A model generated the notes under the pieces. That model was not told the DNA's origin. It ran no database searches and was given only the letters and a program-made list of their open reading frames with translations. The translations under genes and the position numbers were made by a program. Shown here piece by piece: positions 45,920-54,881 of a DNA stretch of 64,000 bases. Position 1 is the first letter of the stretch; each line of letters begins with the position of its first letter. This DNA comes from Candidatus Cloacimonadales bacterium (GTDB taxonomy: Bacteria > Cloacimonadota > Cloacimonadia > Cloacimonadales > WRIO01): positions 4,971 to 68,970 of the forward strand of contig JBAZCP010000003.1 of assembly GCA_041654875.1 (NCBI GenBank). Direction: 5' to 3'.

Positions 45920-46738
45920 TTACTCCCTGTCAAAAGCTAAAGATGCATAGCCAACTACTTGGCTATTGTCGTTGCTAACCATGCCAGAATGCGAATATTT
46001 TAATAATTTACACATGTTATAGCCTAATCGTTTTGATAATTCCATCATAGTTATAATTCCTCCTAATCCACAAGCCTCTATTTTTGCATTTTTATTACTT
46101 TCGAAAAACAATTCTGTATCAAGCTGGCAGATCAATTCAGCTGCTTTCATATCCATTTTTTCGGCAATTTCTGCATCGTAATAATGAGAAAAATCAGAAC
46201 TTATAACAATTAAATTATGATCATCATCACTTACATATGGTTCTAAAATATCAGCCAAATACAATGCATTGTCATGTGTTTGATGATTAAACATAATTGG
46301 TATTATTTTTGCATCTTGGAAAAGTCTATATAAAAATGGAAGCTGCACTTCTAATGAATGTTCTTGTCTATCAAAAAAACTATTAAAGAAGAATCTTTTA
46401 TCATCGCTCAATTTTTTAGCAATATCTTGATCAACAGATAAGTTTCCAAGAGGTGTTTTTAAAAGCCTATACAACAATACACTAAAAGGTGTCTGCCCTC
46501 CTCTATGACTTGGTGCGATTAAGAATACTCGTTTTACTTTCTTCTGTTGAACATATTTATATGCGTAAGCAGCTGTTGCTCCTGAGTAAACATAACCTGC
46601 ATGAGGAACAATCACACCTAAAGTATTCGACTCTCTGTCATAAGGTTCAACTTTTGACAAATAAATATCAATCAGTCTGTTTAGTTCATTCTCTTTTTCA
46701 GGATAAAAAGAACCAGCATAATTTGTTAATCTTATCAT
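45920..46738 (-). CDS. amrB: MEMO1-family protein (AmmeMemoRadiSam system protein B)
   Basis: 272 aa. YAGSFYP N-terminus. VPHAGYVYSG and SSDFSHY motifs. A 2-nt gap separates it from amrA. Confidence 0.85.
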   Translation of the reverse strand: MIRLTNYAGSFYPEKENELNRLIDIYLSKVEPYDRESNTLGVIVPHAGYVYSGATAAYAYKYVQQKKVKRVFLIAPSHRGGQTPFSVLLYRLLKTPLGNLSVDQDIAKKLSDDKRFFFNSFFDRQEHSLEVQLPFLYRLFQDAKIIPIMFNHQTHDNALYLADILEPYVSDDDHNLIVISSDFSHYYDAEIAEKMDMKAAELICQLDTELFFESNKNAKIEACGLGGIITMMELSKRLGYNMCKLLKYSHSGMVSNDNSQVVGYASLAFDRE

Positions 46739-46791
46739 TTTTCACCTCCAAGCAATATAATATAGGCTTTCATTATATTAGTCAAGAAATA

Positions 46792-48147
46792 TTAATTTCT
46801 GTGATGAATATTCAGGCTCCTGTCTTTCCATTTTGCTTTTTTGAAATAAATAAATGATGCAATAGCACCAAAGAACCAGCCAACAGGAATTCCTAACCAG
46901 ATACCTTTTGGTCCTAAGCCAAGTGCAGGTCGTGATAGCAAATAAGCTGCTGGAATTCTTAGAATCCAAAGTGAAAAGATTGATATTATCATAGGAATAA
47001 ATGTATCTCCTGCACCGCGTAAAAAGCCAGTAAAGCAAAACATTGTGGAAAATAGCAGATAACACGAGCCAACAATTCTCAAATATGCTAATCCAGGTTT
47101 TATTACTCCCATATCTCTGGTAAATATAAGAATTAACTTATCTCCAAAAAACCAAAACAAAAGTGTCACAAAAGTTGAAATTACAGCTGCCATTGCCATT
47201 GTTACATACAAACCTTTACTTGCTCTATCGTATTTACGAGCACCGAGGTTTTGCCCAACAAAAGAAGATAAAGCCATAGAAAAGTTCATAGCAGGCATCA
47301 TAGCAAATGAGTCAAGTCTATTTGCTACTGCATAACTTGCGGCAACATCACTTCCAAACTCGTTTACAATGCGCAAAAGAGCCATGCCCCCAATAGACAC
47401 AAATGTTTGTTGTATGCCAGTAGGCAAGCCAATTTTTATACTTCTTTTGAATATATCTAAGTCAAAAAGATAACTTCTAATTCTTAACTTCATCACTGGG
47501 TGCCTAAATTGTAAATATACCAACATCGTTGACACACTTACAAATTGTGATATTATAGTTGCTATCGCTACACCCTTAACACCCCAACCAAACTTAACTA
47601 CAAAAGTAATATCTAAAATTATATTTAGAACTGTTGATACAATCAAAAAATATAAGGGAGTCTTTGAGTCTCCAAGTCCACGCAATATCGCACTAATGCC
47701 ATTATAACCAAAAAAGAAAAGCATACCAAGTGAATATACACGAAAATATCCAATAGCTTCTTCTGTTATGTTAGGAGGTGTATTGAGTAAACTAAAGATT
47801 TGCCTTGTAAATACTGTGCCCAGAATGGTTGCTATTATTCCTGCAATTGCACTAAAACCGAGCATTACATCGATTCCACGTTTGACATTTTCACCCTCTT
47901 TAGCACCATAATAATGAGATATTAATACTGATATACCAATTGATATACCCATAAAAAATGATGTTAATACAAATATTACAGGAAAAGATGCTCCAACTGC
48001 TGCTAAAGCTTCTTTCCCAATGAAGTTTCCGACTACGACACTATCTACCACGTTATAAAGCTGTTGAAATACATTTCCAAGCAGCATTGGTAAAGAAAAA
48101 AATAAAATTTGTGTACTTATTCTTCCATTTGTTAAATCTTTCATCAA
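46792..48147 (-). CDS. MATE-family efflux transporter
   Basis: 451 aa with 12 predicted TM segments. N-terminal ILFFSLPMLLGNVFQQLYNVVDSVVVG is typical of MATE (NorM/DinF-like). Confidence 0.9.
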   Translation of the reverse strand: MMKDLTNGRISTQILFFSLPMLLGNVFQQLYNVVDSVVVGNFIGKEALAAVGASFPVIFVLTSFFMGISIGISVLISHYYGAKEGENVKRGIDVMLGFSAIAGIIATILGTVFTRQIFSLLNTPPNITEEAIGYFRVYSLGMLFFFGYNGISAILRGLGDSKTPLYFLIVSTVLNIILDITFVVKFGWGVKGVAIATIISQFVSVSTMLVYLQFRHPVMKLRIRSYLFDLDIFKRSIKIGLPTGIQQTFVSIGGMALLRIVNEFGSDVAASYAVANRLDSFAMMPAMNFSMALSSFVGQNLGARKYDRASKGLYVTMAMAAVISTFVTLLFWFFGDKLILIFTRDMGVIKPGLAYLRIVGSCYLLFSTMFCFTGFLRGAGDTFIPMIISIFSLWILRIPAAYLLSRPALGLGPKGIWLGIPVGWFFGAIASFIYFKKAKWKDRSLNIHHRN

Positions 48148-48165
48148 ATCTCCATTTCAATATTT

Positions 48166-48708
48166 CTATTTAACAAGAGCTGATATTTCTTTAAACTGTG
48201 GGTGCTTAGCATCTTCTAATATCTCAAATAATAACATTTCCATACTAATCATTTCAACATTATGATGTACTAACCTGTGAACAGCTATTTCTTTATCAGT
48301 TTGCTTTCTTGACGAAATAGCATCGTTAACAAATAACACATTATACCCTAACGCTTTTCCGTCAAGGGCAGATTGAGCCATACAAACATGTGCCTCTATG
48401 CCATACAAAACAATATGATCTGGTCCTAATGCTTTGATATGATCAATGAACTCTGGTGTAAATATGCTGAAACGTGTCTTTTCAAACTCGACTGCATGTT
48501 TAGGCACATATATGTCAACCATTGTGTCTCCAAGCCCTTTAGGGTATTGTTTTGTAACTACCAGTGGTATATTTAAGATCTCTGCTGCTTTGTTTAATGT
48601 ATTTGCTTTTTGAATTACATTGTCTATTTGAAAAATTGCATGGCGAAACTTTTCTTGTATATCCACCATTATAAAAACACTGTTTGATTGATTAATCTTT
48701 TTACGCAT
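48166..48708 (-). CDS. Isochorismatase-family hydrolase
   Basis: 180 aa. FIMVDIQEKF (Asp), K in TKQYPKG, and GIEAHVCMAQSA (Cys) form the family triad pattern. Confidence 0.8.
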   Translation of the reverse strand: MRKKINQSNSVFIMVDIQEKFRHAIFQIDNVIQKANTLNKAAEILNIPLVVTKQYPKGLGDTMVDIYVPKHAVEFEKTRFSIFTPEFIDHIKALGPDHIVLYGIEAHVCMAQSALDGKALGYNVLFVNDAISSRKQTDKEIAVHRLVHHNVEMISMEMLLFEILEDAKHPQFKEISALVK

Positions 48709-48730
48709 AATTTCTCCTTATGATATCTTT

Positions 48731-51580
48731 TTAAAACATATTTGCTCCAAATGGCAAGCTAAACATATAGTAGTCTTTTAGCTTATTGCCTTTTAAATCA
48801 TAGGCAAAGCCATATTTACTAAGAATATCAAAGCCAAATAGATTTATAAGAACTTTAAACTCAAGACCTGCAGCCTTATATTCGACATCTTTTTGAGTAT
48901 CGTCCACATTAAGAAGACGTGTGTAATCTACAAAAAGAGCAGCACCTGCATAGCCACCTTGAATAAAATCATCGCTGACTTTTAAGTTTATTTCATTTTG
49001 TGAATTAAATAGAGTTTTACTTGTATGAGTTTTCTCATAGCCTCTTAGATAAAAACGATTAAAAGCTGGTTGTGTTCCTACTTGAAAGAACTCATATTGG
49101 TCGATACCTGGCATAAATTGCTTTAATTGTTCTCCACTTAGATGCTGAATATTGTTTTGTGTGCTGAGAGAAATTGTTTTTAATTGCTCGTTTTTAAACG
49201 CATTTAAAAAAGGTGCAAAGGCTAAACCCAATTGTAAATCATTTTGTGTATACTTATATTTTGTTAGTCCGTTCTGCAGCCTGTATCCTGCTTCAATCTT
49301 CTTTACAGGGTGATAACTACTATTTCTCCATGGCAGGTTGTATTTATAGTTTATAAATGTTTCAGAGCTTAAATATTGGGCATCTTCGAAGTGTGAAAGA
49401 AAATCATTTTTATCTTTTTTTATATCAGAGTAATGAATACCTGCACCATAACTCATAGAAGAAAAGAATGTGCTGGTATTAGCCGGAAACTCAGCTGTTA
49501 AGCTATACTTTTTCATATTTTGAAAGTAAAGCTTATCATTCTCATAACCTGCAAACCACTCAGTCTCCAAAGCTACAAGATTAATTGTTGGGTAAAAGCT
49601 ATTATTGGTATAAGCCAACATCCAGTATTTTTTGTTTGAAAAGTCATATGGAATCAAGCCAGTCCCTACGATTGTATGCTTTCCTAAAGGCTCAGAAAAA
49701 ATAAAAGTACCCAATGCTTGTTTAGCAAGAGGGATTATAAAGCCTTGTCTCCATGCGATATTTTTGAACGCATTGTACTTTATTGGGTCGCTTTTTTGTG
49801 CCTCTGGTATCGGTTCTCTTAACATAAAGTTTGGTTTAGCATCAATCCATTTAGTATAATAATTATGATTTATTGTAAGCTCATCGACATCTTTTTCTTT
49901 TAAAAGTGTTTTCCCAAGAGAAAAGCCTCCCCTATAGTATTCAACCAATCCATATGTGAAAGTTGTATCATTTATAGTCTCAACTTTAATAGGGCTAATA
50001 TTATATGGTGGAGTTTGGTATTCAAGAAGGTTTTTTGAATCAATATCATAACGATAAATAGTGAGTTTGAAGTCTTCTGCCTTCTCTGTCGATATCAAAA
50101 TCACATTATCATTATACCAGCTTATAGATTGTGCCATATATGGTAATTCTTGTTCAGAAATAAGCAGACCCTTTACAACATCATAAACACTTATTTTAAA
50201 CTTTGCCTGCTCGTCAAACAAAGTAACTGCCAGGTTTTCGCCATTTGGTGATAGCTTTAACTCACCAACTTGTGCATCTTTTGAAAACTGTAACAACACA
50301 GACACATCCCCAAGTGGGCATCGATAATACACCTTATTATACTCTAAATCTAACTTTTGGAAATAGACTCCTCCTGCATTATCAACCTGAACATGATTTC
50401 CTTCAATAAGCTTTATTTTTTTCTTATCTTCAATAGAATACAAATAAATACGCGGTGCAATTTTCCCTTTTTCCACTCTTGTATATAAAGAGTAGGCTAC
50501 CCACTCTTTATTTTCACTTAAGCTATATGAGGCAAAGCTATTAGCTTTGTCAATCAGTAGCTCATTTTCAAAGTAAAAATTATTTTTCTTTAGGCTATCA
50601 GGGCTTACATTTGCCAGTACTAAATCGTAATGGTATTGATTAAGTGATTTTCTTGCAACAAATAATGCTTTATCATCTGTTAGAATTATCTCTTTGAAAT
50701 CTGTCCAGTTACTCTTATATTCAGTCAGTGAATTAATGCTATAATCACGGCTTAAATCGTTGCCTTGTTGAACATAAGCTTGTCCATAATAATACGTATA
50801 GACATGACGTCGCCATTCTTCAACAAAATCTTCAAAGCTTTTGTCATATACTTTTTTAAAAGCTTTTTCAAAAGAGTACAGTCCTGTTTTATTGCGGTAT
50901 TTTAGCATTTGCATTAATTTTTCTTCACCATATTCACTTTGCAAGTAACGCACCATTGAAAAGCCTGCACCATACATTAATCCGCCTTCAAACATGCCAG
51001 AAGGAACTTTTTGTGTATGTGAGTAAACAGAATTTCGTAAGAATCTATCTCCGCGATTATAGCCCCATGGTTCACCACTGAAGAACTGTGCAAAGCCTTC
51101 ATTCAAAGTAATTGGAAAGGTAAGTGCATTAATTGGTAAATATGGCGACATCCAATCTTGTAATGATTGTGCAACAAACCAATGTGCCGCTTCATGTGCA
51201 ATAACTTTTCTAAGCCACTTATCATTGCCCGTAAAAGACTGTGTAAAGTCATTTTGATTCACCCAGATAAAAATATAATAATTCAATAAAGCGGCTCCAT
51301 TAGCAATATTATCTTGGTTTGATATATATATTATCATTTTATCATTTGGTATTATTCCATAAGCTTTTGTGTAAGTATCAAAGCTTTCTTGGGCAATATC
51401 TGCACTTTGAACTGCATACTCCAGCAAAGGTTCGTGATAAACTATTCTGCAGTTTTTTGTGCTAATTTCATGCCATTTAAGTTCTGAGTGATTCCTTTGA
51501 TTAAATAAGTTAAATGCACCCAGAGCAACTAATTGCAAACAAACTATTGTAAAAATAATAACAAGTATTGATTTTTTCAT
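48731..51580 (-). CDS. Exported 949-aa protein: M1-like gluzincin peptidase domain + beta-propeller-like middle + C-terminal beta-barrel-like region
   Basis: Signal peptide MKKSILVIIFTIVCLQLVALGAF. HEAAH followed by LNEGFAQF (M1-type HExxH...NEGFA). TolB/WD40-like repeats occupy the middle. The C-terminus ends in aromatic-rich strands (...SLPFGANMF). Confidence 0.75.
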   Translation of the reverse strand: MKKSILVIIFTIVCLQLVALGAFNLFNQRNHSELKWHEISTKNCRIVYHEPLLEYAVQSADIAQESFDTYTKAYGIIPNDKMIIYISNQDNIANGAALLNYYIFIWVNQNDFTQSFTGNDKWLRKVIAHEAAHWFVAQSLQDWMSPYLPINALTFPITLNEGFAQFFSGEPWGYNRGDRFLRNSVYSHTQKVPSGMFEGGLMYGAGFSMVRYLQSEYGEEKLMQMLKYRNKTGLYSFEKAFKKVYDKSFEDFVEEWRRHVYTYYYGQAYVQQGNDLSRDYSINSLTEYKSNWTDFKEIILTDDKALFVARKSLNQYHYDLVLANVSPDSLKKNNFYFENELLIDKANSFASYSLSENKEWVAYSLYTRVEKGKIAPRIYLYSIEDKKKIKLIEGNHVQVDNAGGVYFQKLDLEYNKVYYRCPLGDVSVLLQFSKDAQVGELKLSPNGENLAVTLFDEQAKFKISVYDVVKGLLISEQELPYMAQSISWYNDNVILISTEKAEDFKLTIYRYDIDSKNLLEYQTPPYNISPIKVETINDTTFTYGLVEYYRGGFSLGKTLLKEKDVDELTINHNYYTKWIDAKPNFMLREPIPEAQKSDPIKYNAFKNIAWRQGFIIPLAKQALGTFIFSEPLGKHTIVGTGLIPYDFSNKKYWMLAYTNNSFYPTINLVALETEWFAGYENDKLYFQNMKKYSLTAEFPANTSTFFSSMSYGAGIHYSDIKKDKNDFLSHFEDAQYLSSETFINYKYNLPWRNSSYHPVKKIEAGYRLQNGLTKYKYTQNDLQLGLAFAPFLNAFKNEQLKTISLSTQNNIQHLSGEQLKQFMPGIDQYEFFQVGTQPAFNRFYLRGYEKTHTSKTLFNSQNEINLKVSDDFIQGGYAGAALFVDYTRLLNVDDTQKDVEYKAAGLEFKVLINLFGFDILSKYGFAYDLKGNKLKDYYMFSLPFGANMF

Positions 51581-52308
51581 TTTATCTCCTCTTCTGTCAT
51601 AATAAAACCATATCCTTTACCTTTTTTTAAGACATGTATTCGATTAAACATTGCTTTAATTTTATAAGACATGGGTTTTGTAATATTTGCTCGATAAAAC
51701 AGGCTACTCAAAAGCTTTTTTACATTATCTGGTGGAAAGTTTTTAAAATAACCTATCTCTTTTAATACTTCCAAAGAATATTGAACAGTTTCACAGAGTT
51801 CTTTATTATCTAACAGATCATCTTCTTTTGTTTCATTGGTTTGATACGAAAAAATCTCGTACAGGATTATAGAAACAGCGTGAGACAAATTAAGCGAGGG
51901 AAATCTTTCATTTGCTGGGATATATGTATGCAAGTTACAAAGAGCTACCTCTTCATCTGTCAGCCCAAATGTTTCTCTTCCAAAGACTAATGCAATTTTA
52001 AGTCCTTTGCTTTGGTGCACATAATTAGCTGTTTCACGAGGGTTAAAATCTATTTTTTTCTTTTGTCCAAATCTTCTTGTAAGCAAAATTACTCTGTCTA
52101 TATCGTGTAATGCAGACACCAAATCAGGATATACTTCAGCATTTTCCATAATCATTTCTGAATGCATTGCTAATATCTTATCATCTTTTTCTGGTATTGC
52201 ACCAACAATACGCAAGTTTTCAAAGGAAAAGTTGTGCATTATACGTGACACAGCACCAACATTACCTTTATATTTTGGTTCGACCAATACAACAAATACG
52301 TTATTCAT
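51577..52308 (-). CDS. SpoU/TrmH-family RNA 2'-O-methyltransferase (TrmJ-like)
   Basis: VVLVEPKYKGNVGAVSRIMHNFSF, ALVFGRE and LNLSHAVSIILYE motifs. The track start at 52314 is TTG. The ATG at 52308 is more likely. Confidence 0.8.
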   Translation of the reverse strand: MNNVFVVLVEPKYKGNVGAVSRIMHNFSFENLRIVGAIPEKDDKILAMHSEMIMENAEVYPDLVSALHDIDRVILLTRRFGQKKKIDFNPRETANYVHQSKGLKIALVFGRETFGLTDEEVALCNLHTYIPANERFPSLNLSHAVSIILYEIFSYQTNETKEDDLLDNKELCETVQYSLEVLKEIGYFKNFPPDNVKKLLSSLFYRANITKPMSYKIKAMFNRIHVLKKGKGYGFIMTEEEIK

Positions 52309-53002
52309 AATCAAATTGATTAGATTTTAGTATCTCGAATAATTTTTCATTTTGTATATAAAAAGAAAACGTTGACCCTGCTACGACTGTGAAACTTTCA
52401 AGCAGGTTTATCTTTTTTAAAAATTGCAAAGCCGAATATAGTTGTTCTGATGACAAATTTAGCTCTTTAGAAAGTGTTGGAATTGAAACCATGATTTTAT
52501 TATTTTTATCTTCTGATTCCATATTTATTTTCAAAAAATGGCTGGATAAAGTCTTAATGACATTTAATTCATGCATTTTATTTAATAGTTCATTCATATT
52601 AGCCAAGTTTTGTGCAAAGGACTTAAAAAGCCGATACATTAAGTCTGGGATATTTAGCAATGCTTTGATAAAGTCTGCATTTGTAAACTCCATAACAACG
52701 CTGTCGACTAATGCTTTCACTGAGGCAGTTCTTTTTCTATCTAAGAAAATACCCATTTCACCAAAAATATGACCATCTGCCAAATTTGCAATCACAACAA
52801 TATTATTTAAGTGATCTTTTCGATATACCTGAGCCTCGCCAGTCAACAAAATAAAAACCGCATTTGCTAAACTGCCCTCTACAATAATAACTTCATCTTT
52901 TTTTAATAATCTTTTTTTACCATGTTGAAAAATAAAAGCAAAAGTATCTTCTTTTTTACCTTTTCCGAGCTGATCAACTAATTCATATATATTTGTGCTC
53001 AT
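52301..53002 (-). CDS. Cyclic-nucleotide-binding domain regulator (Crp/Fnr-like)
   Basis: cNMP-binding core GHIFGEMGIFLDRKRTASVKA. The ATG at 53002 follows GGGAGA. The track's GTG extension to 53047 runs through the upstream terminator hairpin. Confidence 0.8.
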   Translation of the reverse strand: MSTNIYELVDQLGKGKKEDTFAFIFQHGKKRLLKKDEVIIVEGSLANAVFILLTGEAQVYRKDHLNNIVVIANLADGHIFGEMGIFLDRKRTASVKALVDSVVMEFTNADFIKALLNIPDLMYRLFKSFAQNLANMNELLNKMHELNVIKTLSSHFLKINMESEDKNNKIMVSIPTLSKELNLSSEQLYSALQFLKKINLLESFTVVAGSTFSFYIQNEKLFEILKSNQFDYE

Positions 53003-53018
53003 GGTATATCTCCCACTT

Positions 53019-53049
53019 AAAAGAACAAGGTGGGCAAATCTGCCCACCT
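53019..53049 (-). terminator. Rho-independent terminator after ftcD
   Basis: Minus strand: AGGTGGGCA / GATT / TGCCCACCT (53049-53028), followed by TGTTCTTTT. Confidence 0.6.
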
Positions 53050-53063
53050 AATTAATAAATATT

Positions 53064-54731
53064 TTAGACAAGCAATTTTCTTACTTCTTTTTCTACACTG
53101 CATGCCAAAACATCAATTTGCTCGATCAATTCTTCTGATTTTTTACAGATATCTTTTTTAAATTCCTCATCTTCGATTGATGCCATATTAATTTTTACGT
53201 TGAGATATGCAGCTTTAGCACCAGCATTGGCAGTAATAGCCCCAACACCTGCGTCCGAAACTGCGTTCTTATTTCCAATTTTTGCGATTTTATCAGATAG
53301 CTTTACACATTCTAAAGCAATTTCAATTGTTTTAAAAGGAATCATTATTGCCTTTTTAGTTGCTTCTTGTATAGCATTATTACGTGTAACTTTTTCTTCG
53401 TCAGTTTTTCTTGGCAAACCCATTGCAGCCATCAAATCGTTAAATGCTTCTGTATCATCATCAATAGCTCTTAAAGCGTCTGCTTTTACTCTTTGAGCTT
53501 CTTCAGCGATTGGTTTTGCAGGTTCCCAGCTATCTTCATAGCCTTTTTTATTGATAGTTAGATTTGCGACCATAGAAGTCAAGCTTGCAGATACTGCAAG
53601 ACACAGAGCTGCAGCACTTCCTCCTCCAGGAGCTGGTACATCGATAGAGAGCTCATCACAGAAGCCCTCAAGGGTCATATCAACCAATCTCCCTTCAGGT
53701 CGAATTGCATATTCAATAACTTTTTTATTAATATCAAAAGGAGACAATTCGGCTAAACCCATTGATTGCACTGCTGTTTCAATCAACATTTTGTCAGGCA
53801 TTCCTGCCGACTCATCAAGCAGGTTTAAGTAATGTTTACCTGCCATAGTCATAGCATCTTTTGGAATAAGCCCAACTAACTCACTACCTGTTACAACGAC
53901 ACCAATCTCATGAGCTAATTCTCTTACTTTATCTAAAACTACATGAGCAGGGGTGATTCTAAAATTGGTCAAATTCATTGAAATTTGGGCTCTATTATAT
54001 TCATCAATATACCAACCGACTGCTTTACAGTTTTGGAATAAACCTGGCTCAAATACTCTTTCTCCTTGTTCATCTCGCACAATTTTTCCATCAGCATCGC
54101 GTTTTAATGTACCTTTTTCTCTTATAATATTTGCAATTTGAGTAGCTTTACCTTTGTCCCTTGTATTAAGATTAATATTATATGCTATGAGAAACTCTCT
54201 TGCACCAATTGCAGTTGCACCAGCTTTTGCATTAAATTCAAATGGTCCAAAATCTGGTCTCCAAAACTCATCTTTCATCTTGTCTGATAATGCCTCATAT
54301 TCTCCCTTTCTCACATCTGCCAAATTCTCTCTTTCAGGTTTACTTGCAGACTTCTCATATAAATAGATCGGGATTCCAAGCTCTTCACCAACTCTTTTTC
54401 CAAGTTTTTTGGATAATTCAACACATTCATCCATTGTCACACCAGAAACAGGAATTAGAGGACAAACATCTGTCGCTCCCATACGAGCATGTGCACCATG
54501 ATGTTTTGACATATCAATTAGTTCTGCTGCTTTTTTAATTGCCAAAAAAGCTGCCTCGATTACTGACTCAGGCTCTCCAACAAATGTAAAAACGGTTCTA
54601 TTTGTATCTGCACCTGGATCAACGTCTAATAATGTAACATTTTTAACACTTTTTACTTGAGCTGCTATTGCATCCAAAACAGCATGATTTCTTCCTTCAC
54701 TAAAATTAGGAACACACTCAATCAATTTCAT
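53064..54731 (-). CDS. ftcD: Bifunctional glutamate formimidoyltransferase / formimidoyltetrahydrofolate cyclodeaminase
   Basis: 555 aa. The N-terminus MKLIECVPNFSEGRN is the hallmark of the formiminotransferase domain. The C-terminal ~200 aa are helical and cyclodeaminase-like (PAPGGGSAAAL). Confidence 0.92.
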   Translation of the reverse strand: MKLIECVPNFSEGRNHAVLDAIAAQVKSVKNVTLLDVDPGADTNRTVFTFVGEPESVIEAAFLAIKKAAELIDMSKHHGAHARMGATDVCPLIPVSGVTMDECVELSKKLGKRVGEELGIPIYLYEKSASKPERENLADVRKGEYEALSDKMKDEFWRPDFGPFEFNAKAGATAIGAREFLIAYNINLNTRDKGKATQIANIIREKGTLKRDADGKIVRDEQGERVFEPGLFQNCKAVGWYIDEYNRAQISMNLTNFRITPAHVVLDKVRELAHEIGVVVTGSELVGLIPKDAMTMAGKHYLNLLDESAGMPDKMLIETAVQSMGLAELSPFDINKKVIEYAIRPEGRLVDMTLEGFCDELSIDVPAPGGGSAAALCLAVSASLTSMVANLTINKKGYEDSWEPAKPIAEEAQRVKADALRAIDDDTEAFNDLMAAMGLPRKTDEEKVTRNNAIQEATKKAIMIPFKTIEIALECVKLSDKIAKIGNKNAVSDAGVGAITANAGAKAAYLNVKINMASIEDEEFKKDICKKSEELIEQIDVLACSVEKEVRKLLV

Positions 54732-54881
54732 TATTTTCCTCCATTTTTTATTAAAAACTCATAAAGTTATCAAACTCGTTATACTACTCACTAATTATAA
54801 TATAGTTAATTTGTCAAGTTATAACAAATAAAACTTGATTTTTTGGCAAAATTAATATATATTGAATTTATAGGAGGTCTA

